A DNA stretch of 64,000 nt, from assembly GCA_009914755.4 (NCBI GenBank), contig CP086569.2, positions 736,001 to 800,000 on the forward strand. Direction: 5' to 3'. The stretch comes from the human T2T-CHM13v2.0 reference genome, Homo sapiens. Of the stretch, positions 18,680 to 36,469 are shown in pieces. The position numbers were made by a program, and so were the translations under genes. Below the pieces are notes generated by a model. It had not been told where the DNA came from. It worked only from the letters and a program-made list of their open reading frames with translations, and did no database searches. Within the stretch, counting starts at the first letter, position 1. Every line of letters begins with the position of its first letter.

Positions 18680-19160
18680 TCAAGTTATGGGATACATGTG
18701 CAGAATGTTTCAAGTTATGGGATACACGTGCAGAACATGCAGGTTTGTTACATAGGTATACATGTGCCATGGTGGTTTGCTGCACCCATCAACCCATCAC
18801 CTAGGTTTTAAGCCCTGCATGCTTTATGTACTTGTCCTAATGCTCTCCCTCACCTTTCCCCCAACCCCCAGACAGGCCCTGGTGTGTGATGTTCCCCTCT
18901 CTGTGTCCATGTGTTCTCACTGTTCAACTCCCTCTTATGAGTGAGAACATGTGGTGTTTGGTTTTCTGTACCTGTGTTAGTTTGCTGAAAATGATGGCTT
19001 CCAGCTTCATCCATGTCCCTGCAAAGGACATGAACACATCCTTTTTTACGGCTGCATAGTATTCCATGGTGTCTATGTGCCACATTTACTTTATTCAGTC
19101 TATCACTGATGGGCATTTGGGTTGGTTCCAAGTCTTTGCTGTTGTAAATAGCAGCATGTC
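18680..19160 (-). mobile_element. L1 (LINE-1) 3'-end fragment, minus orientation, no coding capacity
   Basis: ggatacatgtgcagaacatgcaggtttgttacataggtatacatgtgccatggtggtttgctgcacccatcaacccatcacctaggttttaagccc...cttatgagtgagaacatgtggtgtttggttttctgtacctgtgttagtttgctgaaaatgatggcttccagcttcatccatgtccctgcaaaggacatgaacacatccttttttacggctgcatagtattccatggtgtctatgtgccacatttactttattcagtctatcactgatgggcatttgggttggttccaagtctttgctgttgtaaatagcagc is the reverse complement of the well-known L1PA/L1HS ORF2 3' end and 3' UTR. Confidence 0.85.
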
Positions 19161-19360
19161 CTCCGATTCAACAATGAGAACATTGTCCACTGTTCTGTTC
19201 AGGCCTACGGAAAGGTCCCAGGCTGCTAAGACAATCTCGAATTCTCTCAACACCCCACAGTTTGTCAATACTGGAGATATTCTGGTGATTTTTTTTTGGG
19301 GGGGGGAAAGTGGCTGTTTATATATCACAAGGTTTCTTGATTACAAAAACAGTCAACTAG

Positions 19361-19697
<337 letters not shown>

Positions 19698-20044
19698 TCA
19701 GCTCTACAAGTGTAAGAGGAAGGAACCACACCATGTCACAGTCAGTCGGATGACCACTGGCTCTGAAGGAGGAAAAACACTCAGCTCTCTACCTACCTGC
19801 TCTCTCTCCCCATTCCTGTTACATAGATTACTTCTTTCCTCCCCAGGTACACTGGAGGGTCAGGGTCTTCCCTTCTTCCTTCTATTTAAATAAAACAATA
19901 TGAGAAAACTGCTTGACAGGTGGTTCCAAGCATCAGTGGGGTGAAGAAACAATATTCTTCGTGATGCGGGTAACACCAGGAAAAAAAAAATCAGTGTCTC
20001 TTGTCCATATGTTCTCATCATTTAGCTCTCACTTTTATTTTTAA

Positions 20045-20678
<634 letters not shown>

Positions 20679-20682
20679 CTGG

Positions 20683-20850
20683 CTCCCACTTTTAAATGAA
20701 AACATGTGGTATTTAGTTTTCTGTTCCTGCATTGGTTTGCTAAGCATACCATAGCTCCAGCTGTGTTCCTGCAAAGGATATGAGCTCATCCTTTTTTATG
20801 GCTGCATAGTATTCCACGCATATGTGGCACATTTTCTTTAAGGGTGCAAG
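20683..20850 (-). mobile_element. L1 3'-region fragment (older subfamily), minus orientation
   Basis: cccacttttaaatgaaaacatgtggtatttagttttctgttcctgcattggtttgctaagcataccatagctccagctgtgttcctgcaaaggatatgagctcatccttttttatggctgcatagtattccacgcatatgtggcacattttctttaa aligns to the same L1 region as the fragment at 18680-19160. Confidence 0.7.
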
Positions 20851-21004
20851 TTGGGAGAAGGGAAAGGATCAGAAAAAATAACTTACTGGGTACAAAGCTT
20901 AGTACCTGGGTGACAAAATAATCTGTACAACAAACTCCTATGACACAAGTTTACCTATATAACAAACCCACACAGGTACCCCTGGACCTAAAATAAAAGT
21001 GTTT

Positions 21005-21132
21005 TTGGTTTTTGGTTTGTTTGTTTGTTTTTGTTGTGTTTGTTTGTTTGTTTGAGACAGAGTCTCTGCCTCTGTCACTCAGGCCAGAGTACAGTGGTGC
21101 AATCTTGGCTCACTGCAACCTCCACCTCCCAG
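21005..21132 (-). mobile_element. (GTTT)n tract plus a short Alu 3' fragment (minus)
   Basis: gtttgtttgtttgagacagagtctctgcctctgtcactcaggccagagtacagtggtgcaatcttggctcactgcaacctccacctcccag, after which the Alu homology ends abruptly. Confidence 0.7.
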
Positions 21133-21177
21133 AAAAAGAAAGCAAACACGGCATGCAGCATCAGCTTTCTAGAAGAC

Positions 21178-22135
21178 GCTGGAGCTTCTGGTGGGTGGAC
21201 CATGCTGGAGCTTCTGGTGGGTAGACCTGGTGGAGCTTCTGGTGGGTAAATAATGCTGGAGCTTCTGGTGAGTAGACCAGGGTGGAGCTTCTGGTGGGTA
21301 AATTATGCTGGAGCTTCTGGTGGGTAAATCATGCTGGAGCTTCTGGTGGGTGGACCATGCTGGGGCTTCTGGTGGCTAAATAATGCTGAAGCTTCTGGTG
21401 GGTGGACCATGGTGGAGCTTCTGGTGGGTGAACCATGCTGGAGCTTCTGGTGGGTAAATCATGCTGGAGCCTCTGGTGGGTAAATCATGCTGGACCCTCT
21501 GGTGGATAAATCATGCTGGAGCTTCTGGTAGGTGGACTATGGTGGAGCTTCTGGTGGATGGATCATGCTGGAGCTTCTGGTGAGTAGACCATGGTGGGAG
21601 ATTCTGGGGGGTAAATTATGCTGGAGCTTCTGGTGGGTGGACCATAGTGGAGCTTCTGATGGGTGGACCATGCTGAAGCTTCTGGTGGGTGGACCATGGT
21701 GGAGCTTCTGATGGGTGGACCATGGTGGAGCTTCTGGGGGGTAAATTATGCTGGAGCTTCTGGTGGGTGGACCATGGTGGAGCTTCTGGGGGGTAAATTA
21801 TGCTGGAGCTTCTGGTGGGTGGACTATGGTGGAGCTTCTGGTGGATGGACCATGCTGGAGCTTCTGGTGAGTAGACCATGGTGGGAGCTTCTGGGGGGTA
21901 AATTATGCTGGAGCTTCTGGTGGGTGGACCATAGTGGAGCTTCTGATGGGTGGACCATGCTGGAGCTTCTGGTGGGTGGACCATAGTGGAGCTTCTGGGG
22001 GGTAAATTATGCTGGAGCTTCTGGTGGGTGGACCATGGTGGAGCTTCTGGTGGGTGGATCATGCTGGAGCTTCTGGGGGGTGGATCATGCTGGAGCTTCT
22101 GGTGGGTAAATCATTCTGGAGCCTCTGGTGGGTGG
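21178..22135. repeat. Minisatellite with a roughly 26-bp unit (ctggagcttctggtgggtggaccatg and variants), about 37 copies
   Basis: ggagcttctgg recurs at 21181, 21207, 21232 and so on, a 25-26 bp period over about 960 bp. Variants are gggtaaattatg, gggtagaccatggtg and gggtaaatcatg. The overlapping 148-aa and 107-aa ORFs show the matching 26-nt frame-shifting periodicity. Confidence 0.9.
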
Positions 22136-22624
22136 GGTATCCACACAACTGTGGATGCCCATAGATAGTGCGGACTTCACCCCATGTTCCAGAAACCTGC
22201 AAAGAGGCAAGGAGGCCACGCGCCCCATACATTCTTTTCGGCGACTTAATACTCCCACAGCACGCTGTGTGTTTCCCCAGAAATGACATCAGCCAATTAC
22301 ACTTTCAAATCAAATGCCTTCCCGATGGGCGAAACTGGAAATGTGAAAACACTTTAATTCTCGGATAATGTAATGGTTTACATCTGGGGCTCTTCAGGCA
22401 GCCCACGGCTCGTTCACGTTGCTCCCTTCCAAGAAATGTTTGCAGTATGTGTCTTGTTTAATAACGATTTAACCACGGAAAATAAATGCTTTCCTCTTAG
22501 GCGTCCACCTGTCTATCACCCAGAGTCTGGGAGGACGGCCCTTCTTTTCAACGGGATTTGCCAGGCCAGTCTCCATGAATCATTTGACAAAAACCTCTAA
22601 TGGTTTCCTTTTTTTTTTTTTTAA

Positions 22625-23440
<816 letters not shown>

Positions 23441-23531
23441 TTGTTTTTGTTTTTTTTTTTTTTTCTAGAACAGTCCATTTGTCCCTGGAAAGCTGCATAT
23501 ATATTTGTATATAATAATGCTGGAATTTCAT

Positions 23532-24128
<597 letters not shown>

Positions 24129-24149
24129 TAAATAGCAGAATCCCCCTCA

Positions 24150-24553
<404 letters not shown>

Positions 24554-24650
24554 AGTAAAGGAGTGAAGCTCTGAGACAGGCTACAATGTGCATGAATCTG
24601 AAAAGATACCACTCTGTGAAAAAAGGCAGGCCCCAAAAAACCACAGATTG

Positions 24651-25004
<354 letters not shown>

Positions 25005-25325
25005 CTACGCCGTTCCTCCTCGGGGAACACATGGGCAGAGGCTGCACTGGGAAGGCCCCCAGCCGTTGCAGGGTGAGTAATTTCCGAGCGTGCAATTATA
25101 AAGAACCGGAGTGCAGCAGCTCCCCAAGGCACCCCCGGATTCCCGCAGTGTGCACGTAATTGCAGCCAGACAGTAACCTCGCTGTGGCCTGTGTCCCAGC
25201 CCTAACCCCGCACCCCGCTTGACGCTCCCACATATGGGACAATTTTCCAAGCTGATTGCTGGAAACTGATGAAGGGAAGTTATGTGGTCTCTTGTGACGG
25301 GCGGTCCCACAGCTGCTCTGGTCGG

Positions 25326-25602
25326 AAAGAGAGAGAGAGAGAGGAGAGAGAGAGAGACAGACAGAGGGAGAGGGGAGAGAGAGACAGACAGAGAGGAGAG
25401 AGAGAAAGAGGGGAGAGAGAGAGACAGAGACAGAGAGAGGGGAGAGAGAGAGACAGAGAGAGAGGGGAGAGAGAGAGACAGAGAGAGAGGGGAGAGAGAG
25501 AGAGGAGAGAGAGAGAGAGACAGAGACAGAGGGGAGAGAGAGAGAAAGGGGAGAGAGAGAGACAGAGGAGAGAGAGAGACAGAGAGAGATACAGAGAGAG
25601 AG
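25326..25602. repeat. Polypurine (GAGAGAGACAGA / GGGGAGAGAGAG) array of about 280 bp
   Basis: gagagagagagaggagagagagagagacagacagagggagaggggagagagagacagacagagaggagagag and so on. The Arg/Glu/Asp/Gly-rich 272-aa and 139-aa ORFs are artefacts. Confidence 0.9.
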
Positions 25603-25870
25603 ACCCTGGAAGGTATTTTCTCTGTGCTCCAATTCCAGGGCATATTTTGGAAGAAAAGGGATCATGCTGGTGGTTTTGCGGAAGGTCAGTGCCAGAGTTG
25701 AGGAAGAGGAAGATGTCACTTTGGCAACTCATTGTCAAGTTCTCCAAAAATCAGGGAGGTGGGGAGCTGGAGTCAGGGAGGGAGGAGAGGAGGAAGCAAC
25801 AGCCACCCACACAGGGAAGGATCTCTCCTCTCTTCCTCTCCATCTGCCACACCGTGACCCCATCCCTTGA

Positions 25871-26719
<849 letters not shown>

Positions 26720-26953
26720 TCAAACTCCTGGGCTCCAGCGATCCTCTTATCTTTACTTTATGGAGAGAAATACGCAATTTCTACGTAGTGCTTTTGTTTT
26801 AAAATGCAGCTTGATCCTCAGACCATGAGAGGCAGGCATTTTACAGAAGAGACATCAGAACTTTCTAGAAGGTGGGTGATTGTTCAGTGCCTCTTCAGAG
26901 AACAAGTTGCAAAACCGAGGAAATTGCAACTTCTGAGCCTAAATTCAAGGGTT

Positions 26954-27282
<329 letters not shown>

Positions 27283-27646
27283 TCAGCCATGCTGTCCCAG
27301 GTCCCCAAACTCTTAACCTTTTGCGTTTCATAGAAAGTGCTAGGATTTACAAAGATGCCACTACCCTCGCCAGCCCACTAAGATGAAAGTGAGATGCCAC
27401 CTGTGATGGCCATTGGAGCACCTTGCCACCCTCCTCAATGGGCACCGGTGAGGAGGGTGACAGGCGCTTGGAGTCCCTGTGGGTTCTGGGATTCTGAGCT
27501 GTCACAGCGATAAGCCAGGGTCGATGGTTTCCTGAGGAGTTTGGCAAGCCTCAGTCCTTGGGTTCATTCCTCAACATTCGTGAAACAAAACAGACTTTTC
27601 AAATCGTGTTTAAAACAATTAGCGTGTTTACCCAAACAAAGGTTAA

Positions 27647-28029
<383 letters not shown>

Positions 28030-28486
28030 TCAAAGCTCATCTCCTAAGGCATGCAGAAACTCAGCTCCACAGATCTGAGGTCTAAATGAGCAGGGCAACC
28101 TTGCTTATGGAGACGCGGGCAGGCAGGGAGAACAGGGTCTCTGCCCAGGCCACCAAGGAGGAGGCAAGATGCCAGATGGAGAAGGGGTTGCCCCAAGCCC
28201 CAGGTTGACATGGAAGTTGGGAACAGCCAAGCAGAGAATCTCAGGATCTCCATGGAGGCTAAGAACGTTTCATTGGAGATTCAACTTTTGCAATAAGCAG
28301 TGCTGGGTTACATAAGTGCCTAATTAAGACCCTTGGAACTAATTATATAGGACAGAGAGGAGGTGATGGTGAAGACGTGAGATTCTAAGCTGTGATGATA
28401 CTTACCACATGAGAGGATCAAGACCCACTGATGAACTCCTGGTAGTAGAGAGAGGATATGCAGATAGGGAGGCAGCTAGCTAGACA

Positions 28487-29027
28487 GATAGATAGATGAC
28501 AGATAGATAATTGATACATAGATTATAGATTCAATAGATAAATACACAGAGAATACATTAGATAGATGGATGGATAGATAGATGGATGAATGGATAGATA
28601 GATATATCAATAGATAGATAGGTAGGTGGATAGAGAGATGATAGATAGATAATTGATACATATAGATTCAATAGATAAATACATAGATAATACATTAATA
28701 GATGGATGGATAGATAGATGAATGGATAGATAGATATATCAATAGGTAGGTGGACAGATAGATAATTGATACATAGATTATAGATTCAATAGATAAATAC
28801 ATGGATAGATAATACATTAGATAGATGGATGGATAGATGGATGAATGGATGGACACAGACATAGATAGATAGATCAACAGATAGGTAGGTGGATAGATAG
28901 ATACATAGATGATTGATTGATAGGTAGAAGATAGATGATGAATATATAGATAGATGATAGATGTTAGATAGATATTTAGATACATAGATCAATAGATCAA
29001 TAGGTGATAGATAAGCAATATACAGAT
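28487..29027. repeat. Complex GATA-family array with a roughly 120-bp higher-order unit (gataattgatacatagattatagattcaatagataaatacatagataatacattagatagatggatggatagatagatgaatgg)
   Basis: gataattgatacatagattatagattcaatagataaatac recurs at about 28508, 28650 and 28760, embedded in gata/ggat/gaat repeats. Confidence 0.9.
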
Positions 29028-29245
29028 AGGAACTCTCCAGTCAGCCTAGACTTAGCTAGTCAAGGTCCCACCTGTGGAGTTTCCAGGTGAACCTCATCTC
29101 TATTAGCCTTCGAGTCCACGTAAATCATGTATCTACATCTGCCTGGATTTGTTTTCACTGCTAGAACAGAATCCCTGAGACTGTGGTTTATAAAGAGCAG
29201 AGATTTATTTACTCCTGGTTCTGGAGGTGGAGAAGTCCAAGATGA

Positions 29246-29741
<496 letters not shown>

Positions 29742-29859
29742 AGGAAGCCTCTTTCATAAAAGCCTTAAGCCCATTCATGAGAAAGTTGCCTCCATGCCCT
29801 GATCACCCCTTTTTAAATTCATGTTATGTTGTTATTTTGTTATTTTTTTTTAATTTTTT

Positions 29860-30140
29860 TCACAGAAGGTCTGGCTATATCACCCAGGCTGGAGTGAAGT
29901 GGTATCATCTCAGCTTACTACAAGCTCTGCCTACTGGGCTCAAACGATCCTCCCACCTCAGCCTCCCAAGTAGCTAGGACTACAGAAGTGCACCACCATG
30001 CCCAGCTCACTTTTGTACTTCTTATAGAGACAGTGGGTTCACCATGTTGCCCAGGCTGGTCTGAAACTCATGAACTCAGGCAATCTGCCTTCCTCTGACT
30101 CCCAAAGTCCTGGGATTACAGGCCTGAGCTACTGTGCTGC
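29860..30140 (-). mobile_element. Alu SINE (minus, older AluJ-like)
   Basis: cacagaaggtctggctatatcacccaggctggagtgaagtggtatcatctcagcttactacaagctctgcctactgggctcaaacgatcctcccacctcagcctcccaagtagctaggactacagaagtgcaccaccatgcccagctcacttttgtacttcttatagagacagtgggttcaccatgttgcccaggctggtctgaaactc...ggattacaggcctgagctactgtgctgcc. Confidence 0.85.
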
Positions 30141-30165
30141 CTCTCTTTTTTTTTTTTAATTTTAA

Positions 30166-31601
<1,436 letters not shown>

Positions 31602-32269
31602 CTTTACAGTCCTTTTTAACGCACTTCTAAAAGAAACCATCTCAGCCACTTTTACACATCTGCAGGTGAGAGGAGTGTGGGGCACGGGTTTCCCCGATGA
31701 CCCGGGGAAGGGATCAAGTTGATAAGTGTCCACTTTGCAACACCAGCGTCTACCAGGTACTGCCAGGCAGAAGCTCAAACCCATGCGTGACTTTTCCTTG
31801 GCTTTTTTTTTTTAAATAAACCTCTGTTCAAAAATAAACTTAACACGTTTTTCTGGAGCACCCCGAACCTGTTCCCAATTTCTTGTCCAAACAATGAAAA
31901 ATACACAAGTGCATTATTTTAAGGGTGACTCTAGCTGACCTTTCCGGGGGGGAAAAACACAGCACCGGCCTGGAGCCCGAAGCGTGTTCAGAGCGTTTGA
32001 TGTGGCGTTTGATGTTCAGGCAGGGGCCACCTGGGTCGGCCTGTCATCGAATGACGTTTTCACACCAGTCCCCAAAGCAGGAGATCTGGAAAATCTGACA
32101 TCCAAGGTTTTAGATCTTGGCTTAGAAAAATAGACATTCCAAGATGCCTGAAGTGTTTAAGTGGCTATTGCTAATTGGATGGTGTTGACTGTGGAGGTAA
32201 ATGGATCCCAAATTGAAATGGGAGATTAGATGATTAGACGTATTCTCCAGACGCTTACAAAAACAATTA

Positions 32270-32292
32270 TGTGTGTGCGTGTGTGTGTGGAG
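32270..32292. repeat. (GT)n dinucleotide microsatellite
   Basis: gtgtgtgcgtgtgtgtgtgg. Confidence 0.85.
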
Positions 32293-32319
32293 AGAGAGAT
32301 AGAAAGGTATATTGACAGA

Positions 32320-32690
<371 letters not shown>

Positions 32691-32839
32691 CTAGATAGAA
32701 ATAGATAACTGTCAGAACGAGATAGATGGTAGATAGATAATTAATAGAAAAGAGATAAATTAGGACAATTAAAGCAATGACAGACCTAGGTAAATAAATG
32801 ATAGATAACAGATATATTATTAATACATAGGAATAGATG

Positions 32840-33300
32840 AGTTAATAATATATTAGTTAATAATATTATATTAATATTAGTTACTATACTACTATTAGTT
32901 AATAATTAGTTAATTATTAGTTAATAATATTAGTTAATATATTAGTTAATGATATATTAATAATAATATATTAGTTATTAGTTAATAACTAATATATTCG
33001 TTAATATTATATTAGTTAATGATATATTATTTAATAATATATTGTTATTAATAATAATTAATATAATATAATATATTATAATATATTAACTAATATTATT
33101 TAATATATTATAATATATTAAATATTAGTTAATATATTAAATAACATTAATAATACTAATTATATTAGTTATACTAATAATATTAGCTAATTAGTTAATA
33201 ATTAGTTAATAATTAACTAATTATATATAATAATATATAATAATATATAATTAGTTAATAATTAGTTACTTATTAGTTATTATACTATTAATGTTAGTTA
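32840..33300. repeat. AT-rich low-complexity tandem repeat (TTAGTTAATAA / ATATATTAGTTAAT motifs), about 460 bp
   Basis: attagttaataatattatattaatattagttactatactactattagttaataattagttaattattagttaataatattagttaatatattagttaatgatatattaataataatatattagtt and so on. It is more than 85% A+T. Confidence 0.85.
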
Positions 33301-33329
33301 ATAATAGATGAGTTAATATTATATTATTA

Positions 33330-34470
33330 ATACATAGGAATAGATGAGTTAGATTACATAAATGATAGAGATAGGTAGATAAATATATAACAGATATATA
33401 GGGAGATAACTGGATAGATGCATAGATGATAGCTAGATAGGCAGATAGTACAGGGATGATAGGTAGATAGATACAGGAATAGATGTTAGGTAGACAGATA
33501 ATTGATACATAGATTATAGATTTGGTAGATAAATACATATATAGATGGATGGATAATAGATAGAGGATGGATATATAGTAGATGATAAATAGTAGAAAGA
33601 TGATAGGTAGATAGACAGCTAGATGGATAGATGATAGGTAGATAAGTGATACATAGATTATAGATTCAATAGATAGATAATACATTAGATGGATAGATGA
33701 ATAGATAGATACAGGGATAGATGATAGGTAGACAGATAATTGATACATAGATTATAGATTCGATAGATAAATACATATATAGATGGATGGATAATAGATA
33801 GATGATGGATATATAGTAGGTGATAGTAGAGAGATGATAGGTAGATAGACAGCTAGCTAGCTAGATGGATAGAAGATAGATAATTGATACATAGATTATA
33901 CATTCAATAGATAAATAGATAATACATTAGATGGATAGATGAATAGATAGCTACAGGGATAGATGATAGGTAGATAGATAATTGATACATAGGTTATAGA
34001 TTCAATAGATAATATATATAGATAGATGGATAGACAGATGGATACATGGATGGATGATAGATGATGGATATATAGTTAATGATAGATAGATAGTAGAGAG
34101 ATGATAGGTAGATAGATAGCTAGCTAGCCAGACAGATAGATGATAGGTAGATAATTGATACATAGATTATAGATTCAATAGATAAATACATAGATAATAC
34201 ATTAGATGGATAGATAGATGGATAGATAGGTAGATAGATAGGTAAGTGGATAGTTACAGGGATAGATGATAGGTAGATAGATAACTGATACATAGATTAT
34301 AGATTCAATAGATAAATACACATATAGATAGATGGATAGATAGGTGGATGGATAGATGATGATGGATATATAGTAGATGATAGATGATTGATAGATGATA
34401 GATGTTAGATAGATTATAGATAAATAGATCAATAGATCGATAGATGATAGATGGGTAATAGATAGGTAGG
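33330..34470. repeat. Complex GATA-family array of about 1.1 kb with a roughly 115-240-bp higher-order periodicity, paralogous to the array at 28487-29027
   Basis: The block gataattgatacatagattatagatt(c/t)(a/g)atagataaatacat recurs at about 33500, 33650, 33740, 33880, 33975, 34150 and 34275. The array ends ...gataggtaggaactccccagtctgcctaag, matching the end of the 28.5-kb array (gataggaactctccagtcagcctag). Confidence 0.9.
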
Positions 34471-35646
34471 AACTCCCCAGTCTGCCTAAGATATTTTCTG
34501 TTATTTTATAAGACATAACCCTCATGAGTTCTTTTCTATCTGCTGCTGCTGTTATTCTGAAAATAGTGTAAAGTTTTGGAGTTTCAGGTACAAGAGGACC
34601 CTGCAGATATCAGCCACCTGCTTTTCCCTCCCTTCCTGGGGAGGTTCGGTTCTGCCTCACACGCACTCACTCCTACATCCCTGTGGGTCTCAGAGCTGCC
34701 CCCTCCTTGTCTGCAAAGAGGGAGGTGTGGTACCCACTCCGGGGACCCCCTCCATCCTTGGAGCACTCAGTGTGCAAGTCAGCCTGGCTTTCTCCTTCAC
34801 AGACAAGTGGCATTGTCACAAGACAGCGTGGGCCACTCAGGGGACTCTCACCGTCATGAGGCTGGCATTGAGTGACACTGCGTTAGAGACAGAGGCAACC
34901 TCGAAAGGCATATGGGCCCTGCTTCCCTCTTCTCAGAAACGAGGAGAGCCTCTGGTAGACAAACCACACAATGATCTTTTGGGGTGAAACCTCAGGCTCT
35001 GTTCACTCACTGGCATTGTCAAACCACTGGCATTGTCAAACCACACCTGCAAAGAGCTGGCAAACTATTCCCTAAGCACAGAAATCCTCACGCTTATCTG
35101 GGGCCATTCTGAGCCCTGCAGGTGGCTAGGGAGAGAGCCATAAGGTATTTCTTGTGGCAGGGGCGGGGGCCCTCTCTGGCATTCTCAGGGCTGCCCCCAG
35201 AACCTGGAATCAAGCAGGAGAGAGAAGGACATCATCTAGAGAAGGCTTGCTCTCCGTGAGGCCGTGGAGTCCTGCCCCAGCGGAAAATAAACTTCTTAAT
35301 ACGATTGAGATCAACAGACCGGGCTTTTCTCTGTGATACATTTAAGCAAATTGAATGTAATTACCTCAATTGAATTCAGAGCAAGGCCTGCCCTGACCTT
35401 CCGCTGAAGCGTTCTGCCCGCTTGGGGAGCAGGCCGGGGCACACATGACATCATTTGGACAATTTGCACATATTTATACAATTTGTCATTATTCCATCTG
35501 TACAGGCTGGAGGCTGAGAGGTTTGCCTCCAGCACCGCTGTGAAATCAGGCCTGTGAGAATGACGTGCTGGACATACCTCTTGTGTGTGCTATTTACTTC
35601 GAATTCAAGTATACATGGTCACTAGTGGGGGGAGTGGGGTGGACGT

Positions 35647-35680
35647 GTGTGTGTGTGTGTATGTGTGTGTGTGTGTGTGC
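35647..35680. repeat. (GT)n dinucleotide microsatellite
   Basis: gtgtgtgtgtgtgtatgtgtgtgtgtgtgtgtg. Confidence 0.9.
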
Positions 35681-36469
35681 CGGGCAGAAGATGCAAATCC
35701 ATTGACACAAATCAACAAGCAATGTTATGATATAAGGGAGGGAAATGAAGCCAGCAGGTGCTATAATACGTGTCAAAAAAAAATCTGTTCTAAGCTTATG
35801 CCGCTGTAAGACAACAGACAGCTGTGTAGAGGTGTGGCTTCAGTGACGGCCGAGGAAGGGTTATCTGCAGGTACAGCCATGCCATGTCAGAGGTGTCTGT
35901 ATTCCGACCTCAGGCACCGAGGTCCTGCCCACGAATGTTGTGGTAACGTGGGGATATATTTGAAGGAAAACAGAGAGGTGTCTGGATGGCCTGTTTTGTT
36001 GCAGGAAGCAAACCAGCATGATGCAGGCAGCCTGAACTGAGAAAAGGAGGTTTCCAGATTTCCAGAGACACACTGAGTTCACTTCCATGCACCAGGGAGA
36101 AAAGCTCATTCAGGGACCTCCGCTGTATTACGAAGTTTCATTTCTCCTGCAATGGGAGTCCACAGCAGCCTCGTGGAGGGGACATTCCTCCCAGCCTGCG
36201 TATCATAGACTCAGCTACAGGCTTAGGGTCCTCAGGTTGCCCAAGGATGCTGGAGGTCCACAGGTCAACTGCAGGGAGACGGATTCCCCAAATGAGCAAG
36301 AGGGTTCTGGTGCTGAGGAAATAGATTAGTAGCTCCTGGCAGGTGTGGCTTCACGACCGTAAGGAAATGGAGGCAAAGAGTTGTTGGGCATGTAGAACTT
36401 TCATTTCTTCCACATTTATTCAGAGAAACGGCATATGCATTTTTGGTAGAAGTACGTCCCATGCAATAT

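Noticed and set aside
18119-18811. A 230-aa poly-Ser/Pro ORF plus the overlapping poly-Glu/Lys ORFs on the opposite strand
   Set aside because: Translation of the (CTT/CCT)n trinucleotide tract in all frames, not a gene.
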